Below, in pieces: positions 9,307 through 20,274 of a DNA stretch of 64,000 nucleotides; the stretch's first letter is position 1; each line of letters begins with the position of its first letter. A program made the translations under genes and the position numbers. Under the pieces are notes generated by a model that was not told where the DNA came from, did no database searches, and worked only from the letters and a program-made list of their open reading frames with translations. Source of the stretch: an uncultured Bacillota bacterium (GTDB lineage Bacteria; Bacillota; DTU025; MWDF01); NCBI GenBank assembly GCA_963823655.1, contig CAWGMK010000006.1, positions 64,001-128,000 on the forward strand, given 5' to 3'.

Positions 9307-10894
9307 GTGAGCGGTTTGATTCTTAGTAAATTCACCCGGATTGCGTTCGCAGCAGGCGCAATATTGGCCCTGGGGCTGGCAACAGGCGCAGTGGCCGAGG
9401 AAGAGGCGAAGCTGCCGGAGGGCGCGGTAGTAATCAGCGGAGGCTATGCCGACGTAACCGGGGACGGCGTAACTGACGAAGTAATACTTATGGGCAAGAG
9501 GGCACAAGCCGATGCCGACTTTATGTCAGAGCACGGCCTTTTCGTGACTGAAGGAAAAGAGGGCAAGACATTTGAGAAGTGGCTGGGCCCTGAGAGCGCA
9601 GGCTATCCGGGGCAAGTTACTTTCGGAAAGCTAAATCCGGGAGCGAGCATCGATATGCTTCTAGAGTTTCCCTCAGGAGGCTCGGGTGGAATCACAACGG
9701 CATTGCCTGTGAGCATGGAAGGCGGAGAGGTAAAATACCTTGCCGACATCTACCTGCTAAACGACGGGCCTAAAGTTGACTTCGTAGTCAACGACAACTA
9801 CAAGCTGGTAGCGAAGTTCGAGGGCATTGAGTACACCCTTGGATCTGCTTAATGGCAAAGCGAAGGATGAAGAGGGAACCTACAAGGGCATATTCGACGA
9901 GTCCGGCAGGAAAGTGGGCACCTTGAAGCCGGCCCTCGATTCTGTCGGCGCGACGGAGCTTTCCGACCTGAACGGCGACGGCATATTCGAGATAATCACA
10001 TACAGGTCGATCTGGGCAGTATTCCATGCCAACGGCGTCGGTTTCGCAAGGAGCACCTGGGGCTGGGAAGATGACGCCATAAAACCCAGGTTCGTCTCGA
10101 TAAAGCCCAATTTCACGCCTGCCGATTTCATGGAATATATAAACTCCATCCAGGCAACCGACCCTATAGAGGTCATCAAGTCGGCTGTAACCAAGTACCA
10201 GTCGGCCTTCGAAGCGGCGCCTGCATCCTGGAGGTACGATGCCTTCATGATCTTCAGGGCTTACCAGGAGGCGGTCGCCGGTAAAATTACCGAAAGCTTC
10301 CCGTCTGTGCAGGGGGCGGACGATGCCACAATGCAGAAGATATACGAATACGCCGACAAGCTGGCAGCCGCCGGCATAGGGGTATTCTATGTGGGCGAGG
10401 GCAGGGTAGCGGCGATTCCTGATCCGATGTTCCAGATCCGTAAGTTCGAGAAGTACATCCCCAAGGAAGCCGTTGAATTCCTTCTCCTGGATACTGTGGA
10501 AGTGTACGATATCTGGGCAATGGACGGCGCTTTGAACATACAGATGGAAGAGGTCGGAAACAGGCTCCATGACTGGGAGTACTTCCTCATGAGCTATCCC
10601 GGTTCTCCTTTTTCCGAGTATGCAATGAGCCAGTATGTGAGCAAGCTTGCGGCCTTCCTGCTCGGAATAGACAACAGCCCGAACTTCAGCTACAGCGACG
10701 GAAGCATCAATCCGGGCGTTATGGCGTCTTTGGAGAAGTATGCGAGGGAGAACAGCGGGGATGCCTCTGCGAACGTCGTGGCCCAGGCATTGGGCATAAT
10801 GCGCGAGGGAAAGGGAAAGCTGACACAGCAGCTTATTGACCGCATATTGGGGCTGCTCCCGCAGCCTAAGCCGGCTGAAGAAGTGAAGCCGTAA
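9307..10894 (+). CDS. Secreted hypothetical protein with DxxGDG Ca-binding-like motifs; frameshift near 9840
   Basis: Signal peptide; ADVTGDGVTDEV and SDLNGDGIFEI motifs. ORFs 9307-9852 and 9827-10894 join at EYTL/DLLNG. Confidence 0.65.
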
Positions 10895-11060
10895 GCAGAT
10901 AATTAGGTTCGTCCGGCGGGCGGTACTTAAAAAGGCCGCCCGCTTTGCTTATTCTGTGCTGCATTTATATTTAAAACGACGGCTTTCAGGCTTAATATTG
11001 TAGGTGTCGGATGAATGCCTCAATCGATGAGCGAAGGTTTTATCAGGAGGTTCTATCAAA

Positions 11061-11495
11061 ATGATAAAGCTTGTAGAAATAGATAAGTCCAACTGGCTGG
11101 GATTGGCCAGGCTGGGCGTTCAGGATTCTCAGAGGAGCTTCGTTGCGGACAACAGCATTTCAATGGCACAGGCGCACTATGAGATGGGAAATTTCCCCCT
11201 TGGGATATATGATGGCGAGATTCCGGTGGGTTTCTGCATGTACGGGCACGATGAGGAGGTTTGCGAACACTGGATCATCAGGCTGATGATAGATAAGGGA
11301 CATCAGTCGAAAGGCTACGGCAGAAAGGCCATGTCGCTGCTGGTAGAGAGGATCCGCCAGGAGTTCGGCGAGGTACCCATATATTTGAGCTTCGAGCCCG
11401 AAAATGCCTGGGGGAGGGCCCTTTATGAGAGCCTGGGGTTCATCCCTGACGGCAGGGTGATGGATGGGGAAATTGTGTACAGGCTGGACGTTTGA
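11061..11495 (+). CDS. GNAT acetyltransferase (BltD/spermidine acetyltransferase-like)
   Basis: FVADNSISMAQA, RLMIDKGHQSKGYGR, LYESLGF. Confidence 0.85.
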   Translation: MIKLVEIDKSNWLGLARLGVQDSQRSFVADNSISMAQAHYEMGNFPLGIYDGEIPVGFCMYGHDEEVCEHWIIRLMIDKGHQSKGYGRKAMSLLVERIRQEFGEVPIYLSFEPENAWGRALYESLGFIPDGRVMDGEIVYRLDV

Positions 11496-11546
11496 CAGGA
11501 GCCGTCAATTCCGAAACTTCTGAGGATCATACGGGCTAAGATGAAA

Positions 11547-11581
11547 AATGACCGGCGGCAAATTACATGCCGCCGGTCATT
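11547..11581. terminator. Bidirectional terminator between convergent genes
   Basis: AATGACCGGCGGCA-N7-TGCCGCCGGTCATT perfect stem. Confidence 0.75.
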
Positions 11582-11602
11582 GCTCTCACGAATTGCACTT
11601 GT

Positions 11603-13114
11603 CTACTTAACGAGCATTATCCTGCCTTCAACCTTGGGGGAGATTTCGAGGCCCTTTATGTAGCGGATCGCCACATCGCGAAGCATCTCGCCTGACATAT
11701 AAAGGACCTTGGCATCCTTGAACATCGAATATCCGTCGCCGCCGGCGGCTGTGAAGTCATTAGTGGCTACTGTGTAGAACCTGAAGGGATGCAGTGCCAC
11801 TCCGTTGACCTTAACATCGCTTACTCTGCTTCCGGCCGGTTTTGCGGGATCGAACGAGAATGTGACTCCGCTCACCTGCAGGAACCCGCCAAGCTGCTCG
11901 GGGTACTTGCTTACTGAAAGCTCCAGGGCGCTAAGCAGCGCGCTTCCGGCAAGCTCTATGGTAACAAGGCTGTTGTCGAAAGGAAGTACCGTAATGACGC
12001 CGCCTACGGTTATGTCACCCTTCTTCAAGGAGGCGCGGATGCCACCGCCGTTTGTAAGGCCGATGTCAGCCTTTGCGGCATCCTTCATGATGTCGGCAAC
12101 GAGGTTACCAAGGTTGGTCTCCTTGGTGCGGACATTGGCGCGCTCGCCGTCGAGGTCTACAAGGGTCTTGGCTATGACTTCGTTCATTTCCTTGGAAAGG
12201 GCGTAGTTGTAAAGCCAGATGCGGGCGCCGACTGGGCCGCTGATCGGGGCATTGGGGATGTCCTCGCCGAGTTTTACGAGCTTCCCATTGAATGCCGACA
12301 CGGCGTTGTTCTTCACTGTGACTTCCAGGGTGCCTGCGTAACCGGCCCACTCGCCTGCTGAGACTATGATTGTGGGTCCGACTTTCACCGGCTGCTCAAG
12401 AAGCGTGTGCGAATGCCCGCCCACGATGATATCGATGCCGGGGAACATCTTTGCAAGCTTCAGATCCTCGGTATGGCCCAGATGGGAAAGGCAGACAATG
12501 ATGTCGGCCTTCATCTCAAGCTCTGCCAGCACGGTCATTGTCGAATCGACCGGATCGAGGAACTTAAGGCCTATTACGTTATTGGGATGCGTTACTATCG
12601 GCGTGTCTACCGGCGAAAGGCCGAACATGCCGACTTTGATTCCATTGATAACCTTGATGGTGTAGGGGACAGCGAAGTAAGAGCCGTCATCATACACAAC
12701 GTTGGCCGCAAGGAACGGGAATTCCGCGGTCTTCCAAAGGTTGATGAGCTGCTTCTGGCCGTAGTTGAACTCATGGTTGCCCAGGGAAGTTGCCGCAAAG
12801 CCCATATCGTCCATGATGTCTACCATGGGCACTCCGTTGAAGAGGTTGACGATGTTGGTGCCGTGGATCATGTCGCCCGAGGCGAGCAGCAGGACGTCCT
12901 TGCCGCCCTTCCTTAGCATATCCACATAGGAAGAGAGCTTGCCCATACCACCGATTGCCACCTTCTCATTGGTGGGAATCCAGGGCTCCAGCCTGCCGTG
13001 GACGTCGTTTACGTGCACGAGTGTGAAGCTGCCATCGGTTGCCGAGGCCATGAAAGCGGCCGTCAGAACCATAATGACCGACATCAGGACAACCAGTAAT
13101 CTTCTGTTACGCAT
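11603..13114 (-). CDS. Secreted 5'-nucleotidase / UDP-sugar hydrolase
   Basis: Signal peptide; HVNDVHG, LGNHEF, LSHLG, GGHSHT, NGGGIRA, GGFLQVSG, GGDGY. Confidence 0.93.
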   Translation of the reverse strand: MRNRRLLVVLMSVIMVLTAAFMASATDGSFTLVHVNDVHGRLEPWIPTNEKVAIGGMGKLSSYVDMLRKGGKDVLLLASGDMIHGTNIVNLFNGVPMVDIMDDMGFAATSLGNHEFNYGQKQLINLWKTAEFPFLAANVVYDDGSYFAVPYTIKVINGIKVGMFGLSPVDTPIVTHPNNVIGLKFLDPVDSTMTVLAELEMKADIIVCLSHLGHTEDLKLAKMFPGIDIIVGGHSHTLLEQPVKVGPTIIVSAGEWAGYAGTLEVTVKNNAVSAFNGKLVKLGEDIPNAPISGPVGARIWLYNYALSKEMNEVIAKTLVDLDGERANVRTKETNLGNLVADIMKDAAKADIGLTNGGGIRASLKKGDITVGGVITVLPFDNSLVTIELAGSALLSALELSVSKYPEQLGGFLQVSGVTFSFDPAKPAGSRVSDVKVNGVALHPFRFYTVATNDFTAAGGDGYSMFKDAKVLYMSGEMLRDVAIRYIKGLEISPKVEGRIMLVK

Positions 13115-13655
13115 TGGTTACCCTCCTTGCTTGTATTGATTTATTTGGGTTTTACAAATAGATTATACTTCATAGCAAGTTCTATTCCCAAGTGTATGTA
13201 TCATATTGTCCGGCAATTGTGACATCATTTGTCGCATTATCCTATTGGACTGATATGAAGGGATTGGAGCATGAGAAACTCACTTCATGTAAATAATGCA
13301 GTTCACACTTTTTAGGCTATACTCCTGCCTTGCTGGAGTTTATAATAATTAAATTAAGCAGCCTATACAGTAATGAAAATTAGAAAACATCATTCGTTTA
13401 ACGAAGCCCCATCACTTAATCGTGAACAGCCAAATCGAATAATCCCATGATCACGGCATAGCCAGTTGGAGTGATTATTCAATCATGGGCCCCGGCATCC
13501 GTCCTTAAAACGCCCTATCGGCAAATGAGGGAAAGGGAGCTGGATTATTGCATACTTTGGCAGGGGCAACTGCGCCTCAACAAGGAGGTATTCGTTAAGG
13601 CGCATAGAAATAGATATCATCGTTTCATACCTTCATTAGAAAGGAGTGCTGGCAT

Positions 13656-16600
13656 TTGAGTTCAAGAAGACTAGCAATCATAGTTTTAGCAGCCATATTG
13701 GCGTTTTCAACGGCAGTGGCTGCCGCTCCGCCGACAATCAACCCGGATGAGGCTCTGAAAGCACTAGGCAAGCCCATGCTTTCCGTGAAACCGGAAGAGG
13801 AGGAGCCCTCCTTAGTAATTGAGGAGGTCAACACGACCGGGGCCAAGGACTGGAGGCCGGGAGCGCTGATCATCAGGCTTGATTCGGCCGCATCGGTCTC
13901 TTCGCTAGGCGGCGGGTTCGGCCTTGCGATCTCAAAGCTTGGAGGTTCAATCGAGCGCAATCTGGACATGAAGAACATGGCAGAGGGCGCGATTGCTTCC
14001 AGCGATGCCACTCTGCACTTCGTCTTTGCAAAATTCTCGGAGGATGCCGACGTTTTTGCACTGGCCGAAGAAGTGGGGAAGATCCCGGGTGTCTTGTATG
14101 CTGAACCTGACTACAGGATGTACCCCGACGCGGTAGCCCTGCCTCCCACAGATCCGGGCTACACGAGCGGAAGACAGTATTATCTGAACAACACAGCCGT
14201 ACCATATTATTCGACCCTGTTCGGCACTGCCGGCTCCGACCTTAAGGCGCCCGCAGGCTGGGAATTTCGCCAATAATGACTTCGGCCTAGACTGCTCATC
14301 TGTAGTAGTCGGGGTCATCGACCAGGGCGTAGCATTCTGGCATGCGGACCTAATAAACAATATGTGGGTGAACGAGGAAGAGTTTGAGGGCACCGAGGGC
14401 GTCGACGATGATGGCAATGGCTACATGGACGACGTCTACGGTTATAACTTCTATCATGACCTCGGCATCAACGATTATGCCAGCGGCTATTATCCTGCGA
14501 TGGATATGACTACCACGGAACCCACGTGGCAGGTACCATATCGGCCGAATGGAACGGCTGGGGCTCGGCAGGAACTGCACGCAATGCGAAGATAATGAGC
14601 CTTAAGTTCCTCGATGAGGGAGGCGGCTGGACTTCCGACGCCATAAGAGCCCTTGAGTATGCAGTTCTCATGGGAGCCGACCTTACAAGCAACAGCTGGG
14701 GCGGCGGCGAACCTGAGCAGTCGATGTCGGATGCTATTAAGAGCAAGCGGCATGCTGTTCGTCGCTGCTGCAGGAAACGACGGCAACAACAATGACTTCT
14801 TCGGTCACTATCCGTCGTCATATGCCAATCCGTCCTCGCCGTACTATTGCGAGAATATAATAACGGTTGCTGCGACGGACGCTAATGACAATCTAGTGTC
14901 GTTCTCCAACTACGGCCCGGAATCAGTACACGTAGCCGCTGCAGGCTTCTATGTGTATGCTTCCTACCCGTATTTCGACGGAGTAAATTACTTGTCATAT
15001 AAACGCATGGATGTCAGGCACATCAATGGCAACACCGCAGGTAAGCGCTGTAGCGGCGATGCTGATAGCACAGGACAAGATGCATGCAGCATACTCCTTC
15101 CCGCAGTATGACGACCCTGATCCCTCAGGGGACTGGGACACCGTCAAAGAGATAGTGCTTAACAGCGCCGAAAAAAAGGCACAGCTGGAAGGCTATGTGA
15201 GCACCGGCGGCAGGGTCAGCATGTACGGCGCGCTGACGATGCAAAGACTGGCAAGCGCATCGGCAATAACTGTCACCCCAGCGTTCAGCAATGAAATCCC
15301 GGTCAACATCAACGTTAGCGTAACTATTGACGGGGGCGACGCCAAAGCATCTGATATGCCCGGTATCGAGCACAGGTGGGAGTTGTGCTGGGCTGACGCC
15401 TTCTATCAGAGGGAGTCCACCGGCATCACGGCGACAGGCGTCATCCGCCACGCTTGTCGCAACGGAATACGGCTACTATGAGGTCAAGTATGAGATGTAT
15501 GACCTGGATCAATGATGTCGTCAATAACAACATCATATAAGCGGGTGATTATGGCACCGGAGGAAGCAGTCATTCTTGTCTTGGATGACCAGTGGTATGG
15601 CTACGAAGACATGTCATACATGGACTGGGCTGCGTTCTCCATTTACGGAGTACCGGTATTCTACAATAAGCCCGCCTATGGAAATCCCATATGACATACC
15701 CAATGTGGTATTCTGGACCACTACCTACACGACTAACGGCGTAATCAATGAAGAGGACGCACAGTGGTTGATCGGATTACCTAAAATACGGCGGAGGAAG
15801 GCTGCTGCTAGCAAGCTATGAGATGCTCAACATGATAGATGGCTATTACGGCGAGTCGGCTCTTTCGCAGGAGACGGCAGAAGAGCTGCTTGAGCTGTTG
15901 AAGGTCAAAGGATTACCTGACAGACTATACTTATGTTGAAGACAGGGACCCTGCCCCGTATGAGACGACGGTACCAGGTGGAAGGAGACAGCATAATCTG
16001 GGCCAATGAGCTGAGACTCGACCTCGAATATGACGCTGTGGGATCCGCGATATGCCCAACTACGGAGACGTCGTAACCGAATTCGGCCGGCGCATATCCG
16101 ATACTGCTGTCCCAATACGGCGGAGACAATCGACGAGCCCGAAAGAGCAGCCTCGGACTAAGCTATGCGGGCGATGACTACAGGCTGATATTCCTAGGCG
16201 CGCCGTTGGAAGCCATGCAGGGAACGGACTTACTTGTATGGCATTACTGGAGGGCCTTGGAGCGGCGATATATACAACTTCTTTGACTTCATGTGGTACA
16301 GCTGGGAATTCCTGATTGGCGAGGGTCCGGACAGGCTGGTCGGCTGGCTGGAGAACCCTGTTGCTGGAGGCACATATTCGAATCCTATTGATGTTGAGTG
16401 GGACATAATGGATTCCGAAGAGACCATACATGAGGCCAAGCTGTGGTACCGCAGTGAAGCCAACCCCTACTGGGAGCCCATAACCCTGTTCGTACCCGGT
16501 GAGGAATTCGGCTACATGTGGGACTTCGCGCACACCCTGGTGGGTGACGGCTATGAAGTGAAGCTCGAAGTAACCGACGCTAATGACCATACCCGCGTCG

Positions 16601-16905
16601 CTTACGACTTCGAAGCGCCGTTTGCGATTTGGCCCGCAAGCCCGACAGAAGGCGCGCGCACAGGCGTAGACAGCGAAAACGAAGAGATCATATTCTACGT
16701 CAACGCACTCAAACCGGGCACATTGTATGTGTATGACCTATCAGGAATACTCCTCTTCTCCGAGGAAGTCCCTGAGGGCATGAGCGAGATCACCTGGGAT
16801 ATGATGGTTAACGGATTGAGGATAGCCCGCGGCCTGTACGCGTTCAGGGTCGTCTACAATGACGGCAGCGCGTCCAAGACCGGTCGCTTCCTCGTCAACT
16901 TCTAG
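13656..16905 (+). CDS. Large secreted S8 subtilase (about 1050-1100 aa) with C-terminal T9SS type A/FlgD-Ig-like sorting domain; broken by about 10 or more frameshifts
   Basis: Signal peptide and prodomain (YAEPDY). Catalytic motifs across frames: VGVIDQGV, YHGTHVAGTI, AAGND, SGTSMATPQV. C-terminus GTLYVYDLSGILLF...ITWD...NGLRIARGLYAFRV...KTGRFLVNF. Confidence 0.8.
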
Positions 16906-16923
16906 AAAGGGAGGTGCGAAAGA

Positions 16924-17865
16924 ATGAACAGAAGGGCGACAATTATCCTCGTCATGGCCGTAATAATGGCCTTGGCAGCGGCAAGTTCTAGCATTGCCGC
17001 CGAGTACTGGGGCACCCTGCCCTCCCTTAAGCTGGGATACTCGGTCAGATCTGAAGGGATGGGAGGAGCCGGGCTGGCGCTTGCCGGAGACCTAAGTCTG
17101 TCAGGCCAGAACCCCGCAGCTCTGCCTACGACGGAATTCTTCACGCTATACACGACCTACACCTCGGTATATGCGACCAACGGAAAGTTCAGCGCAGTCT
17201 TCGGCGGCAAGTATGTAGGGCTGGCAGTTGATGTGCTGAGCGCCTCCGATGTCGAAATTACAGATCCTTACGGCGCGGTCATAGGCGTTGGCGATTATTA
17301 TGAAGGAAACGTCGCGCTTATGGGCGGCTACAGCTTCAAGCTGGGCACCAAGGGCTTCGTGGCCGTAGGCCTCGCAGCCAAGGGCCTAGGGCAGTTCATG
17401 CCGGAAGTCGAAGGCTACGGCGTGGCGCTCGACTTCGGCGCGCTCGCAAGGTACAACCTGGGCAAGGTCGGCCTGAGCGCGGCGTTCGTGCTCAGAAACG
17501 CTCCCGGCATCATCTGGTACCCCGGATCCGAAGAGCCGATGCCGGTACAAGCCTACCCTGAGCAGGGTGCAGAGATGGTCTTCCTGGAGATGGCTTACGC
17601 CGGCGGCGTAGCAGTGCATCTTCTGGATGACAAACTGGTAGTCGCAGTCGACGTCGACTCAGCAAGGGGCCTGTCAGGCGGCGTGGAGGGCAAGATATCC
17701 GTGCTAAGCCTCAGGGCCGGAGTCAACTGGTGGATGGACAGGCCGCTGTCGTTCTCCGCAGGTGCGGGCCTTGACCTCTGGAAGGGCTCAAGGTTCGACT
17801 TCTCCTATACCTATCTCCAGCACATGCCGGACAGGTACAGAGTAGGTCTGCTTATCGAGTTCTAG
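16924..17865 (+). CDS. PorV/PorQ (UPF0164, FadL-like) outer-membrane beta-barrel
   Basis: Signal peptide; N-terminal LKLGYSVRSEGMGGAGLALAGD..SGQNPAAL matches the PorV/FadL pattern aR..gMG..gvA...D.......NPA; amphipathic strands; terminal Phe (LLIEF). Confidence 0.8.
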   Translation: MNRRATIILVMAVIMALAAASSSIAAEYWGTLPSLKLGYSVRSEGMGGAGLALAGDLSLSGQNPAALPTTEFFTLYTTYTSVYATNGKFSAVFGGKYVGLAVDVLSASDVEITDPYGAVIGVGDYYEGNVALMGGYSFKLGTKGFVAVGLAAKGLGQFMPEVEGYGVALDFGALARYNLGKVGLSAAFVLRNAPGIIWYPGSEEPMPVQAYPEQGAEMVFLEMAYAGGVAVHLLDDKLVVAVDVDSARGLSGGVEGKISVLSLRAGVNWWMDRPLSFSAGAGLDLWKGSRFDFSYTYLQHMPDRYRVGLLIEF

Positions 17866-17885
17866 AACTAGGCAATGGACAGAGG

Positions 17886-17925
17886 GTGCGGGATTCTGAG
17901 AAGAGTCCCGCACTTTTCAATTTTT
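17886..17925 (+). terminator. Intrinsic terminator ending the subtilase-porV unit
   Basis: GTGCGGGATTCT-GAGA-AGAGTCCCGCAC-TTTT. Confidence 0.75.
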
Positions 17926-17946
17926 ACGACATATATGCCGAAATGA

Positions 17947-17972
17947 AGGAACGACGCAGTAGCTTATAGAAG
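17947..17972 (+). promoter_or_regulatory. sigmaH-like promoter
   Basis: AGGA-N18-GAAG followed by TTTATAAT. Confidence 0.5.
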
Positions 17973-18012
17973 TTTATAATGGTATAAGCAATACGCTAAT
18001 GGAGGGATCAAC

Positions 18013-18612
18013 GTGAAGAGAAAATTCGTAGCAGCTATTGTAGTTTCGCTCCTTCTTGCCATATCGGCCTCGGCTTCGGCCACAGACGTGATATTCGGGC
18101 TGTCCTACAGGGCGTTCAAGCCCGCATTGGAGGCCTTCGACATCAGCAGCGATTTCAAGGCCAACTTGGGCCTTAAGCTGGACATATCCAAGATATTCGA
18201 CGCTAACCTGAGCCTTAAGCTGGGAATGGTCAGAGAAGACATGCTCAACCCCGCATCTGCCCCGAAATTCGGGATAGCAGGCGAGCTGGACGGTCTGTTC
18301 TCCCTGTTGAACTGGCAGATCAGCGAGGATTATCTACTTAAGATCGGACCTTTGGCCGGAATAAGCTTCGCCAACGGGCCAGCCTACTTCCCGGATGGAA
18401 ACATAGACCTCTTCCTCGGCGGTTTCGTCCGTTTCGACTTCCTGAAGAGCTTCAGCATGGATGCCAAAGCTTCGTACGGCTTCATGAGCAAGGGGCTCCT
18501 GGCAGGCTTCGGAATGGAATATGCCTTCACGCCGAACTGGTTCTTAAGAGGGGATTTCGAGTACATGAGAAAGAACGGCTTCTTCAGCATATCCGGAGGT
18601 TACAGATTCTAG
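18013..18612 (+). CDS. Small outer-membrane beta-barrel protein
   Basis: SPase I signal (ASASA), alternating hydrophobic strands, BamA-type beta-signal FSISGGYRF. Confidence 0.7.
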   Translation: MKRKFVAAIVVSLLLAISASASATDVIFGLSYRAFKPALEAFDISSDFKANLGLKLDISKIFDANLSLKLGMVREDMLNPASAPKFGIAGELDGLFSLLNWQISEDYLLKIGPLAGISFANGPAYFPDGNIDLFLGGFVRFDFLKSFSMDAKASYGFMSKGLLAGFGMEYAFTPNWFLRGDFEYMRKNGFFSISGGYRF

Positions 18613-18634
18613 AGGACCCTAATCAGGGATCGGA

Positions 18635-20251
18635 GTGTTTTACATGCCAAAAGTAAGATTGCGCCTGGAAGCCCTTGTAGTGGGGCTGGTAATGGTAATT
18701 TCAGTCTTGTCGGCATGCACGCCAGCATTGGCATTCAAACCCGTCGAGTTCGTATGGCCCGTGCAAGGGAGCGCCCAATTGATGATCTCCGGGAACACAT
18801 ACGACATAACATTTGCCGAAACGATAAATTTCACCGCGAAAACCGACATGGTCCTGAATTTGAACTTAGGTAAATGGCGTCACAACCTTACAATGAGCCT
18901 CATGCTTAAGAATGGAAACCTTCCTGTTGAGGACGTTCTGAAGATAGGCAAGTTCGGCTTCTATCTGGACAGGTGGCGCCTGGTCAGCACCTACGAGAAA
19001 ATGACGATAACCGCAGGGGATACGGCAGTACCAAACGTATTCGCGAAGTACATGTCGGGCTCTTCCCTCTATGGCGCATCCATTATGGTGGGTGGAAACC
19101 TTCCAGGAGCGATGAAGGATACGAGCTTCACGCTTTCCGGAATGGGCGGCAAGAACAGCACCGGAAGGGGCATAAGCTCCACCACAATGGACGTGGCCGG
19201 TCTTGCGCTTGAGCTTCAATACCTGAAGTCGCTTAAGTTCAACCTGGGGTTCACGGAAGGCCTAAGGCAGGACACCGATATTAAGATAGGTTCAGCCATG
19301 CTGGCGTACAGCTTCGAAGCGAACAACATATCTTTGGATGCGGCGGTCTCGCACGAGGCGTTTTCGAGCAAGCTGGGCTGGTACGGCGCATTGAACTACT
19401 CGGGCAGCTTCCAAAGGAAGGTGGCCTTGTCATCAAGCCTTTCGTATACAAGCAATGATTTCCGGAAAATCAGCGCAGCTTCGCCTGAAACGGGAGGAGC
19501 GCTTAGTTCCGCGGCAAATCTGACATTCTACCTTACGCCGACATGGAAGGGCAGCGAGACTCTGGGTTTGAAAGCCGGGTATTCAAAGGACAACCTGGAA
19601 GGGACAAAGGAGAGTTCCCTTCAGACTTTCGATGCCGGCATCTCCTATTCCGCAAGCGGCTTCGCCCCGTCAACCTCGGCTTCAGCATCCTATTCCTTCA
19701 CGGCAGTATCCAACGATTCACTGCCCAAGACGGTGAACAATACCAGGCATGCACTGGATTTAAGGTATTCCCATCAGGCAATCATTAACAAATCCAGGCT
19801 TTCGGTAAACATGTCAGTTGTCCCCTCGTTGTTGTTAAACAAGGTCAAGGACGATGTATCATTCGCCATGACTAACTCCCTTTCGGCGTCTCTCAACATC
19901 AACAGGACAACGATTACCGGCAAGGCAGAAATGAGGGTAAATGCCAACAGGCTCTCCACAACGCTCTCATTCGCCCCTTCGCTTGACCTTGCCGTAAGCA
20001 CAAGCTTCCAGAAGCCGGCGATTTCTCTAAGCGCCGCGCTCAAGCTTAGCAACAGCAGCACATTGAATTACTCTACGTCTACGATCAGCAGCGATGTCAG
20101 CTATCTTGACGTGTTGCCTAGGGTGACATGGAGGATATCGGACAGCTTCAGCTTATATGGCAACTATTCCGGCAAACTGAGATTCGGAGCATCAGTTGTG
20201 ACGCCGACGTGGACTGACACTTACGGCTTCGGCATAAGCTTTAGGCTCTAG
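18635..20251 (+). CDS. Large outer-membrane beta-barrel protein, function unknown
   Basis: Signal peptide; Ser/Thr/Gly/Tyr-rich amphipathic strands throughout; ends YGFGISFRL. Confidence 0.65.
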   Translation: MFYMPKVRLRLEALVVGLVMVISVLSACTPALAFKPVEFVWPVQGSAQLMISGNTYDITFAETINFTAKTDMVLNLNLGKWRHNLTMSLMLKNGNLPVEDVLKIGKFGFYLDRWRLVSTYEKMTITAGDTAVPNVFAKYMSGSSLYGASIMVGGNLPGAMKDTSFTLSGMGGKNSTGRGISSTTMDVAGLALELQYLKSLKFNLGFTEGLRQDTDIKIGSAMLAYSFEANNISLDAAVSHEAFSSKLGWYGALNYSGSFQRKVALSSSLSYTSNDFRKISAASPETGGALSSAANLTFYLTPTWKGSETLGLKAGYSKDNLEGTKESSLQTFDAGISYSASGFAPSTSASASYSFTAVSNDSLPKTVNNTRHALDLRYSHQAIINKSRLSVNMSVVPSLLLNKVKDDVSFAMTNSLSASLNINRTTITGKAEMRVNANRLSTTLSFAPSLDLAVSTSFQKPAISLSAALKLSNSSTLNYSTSTISSDVSYLDVLPRVTWRISDSFSLYGNYSGKLRFGASVVTPTWTDTYGFGISFRL

Positions 20252-20274
20252 AGATTTTCGACGGAGGATGGAAT

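Noticed and set aside
13455-13470. ATAGCCAGTTG resembling the 3' end of a c-di-GMP-I riboswitch
   Set aside because: The upstream GGCAAA..GAAA..GACGCAAA elements are missing.
13471-13659. 62-aa ORF upstream of the subtilase
   Set aside because: No convincing RBS or recognisable motif; better explained as leader sequence.
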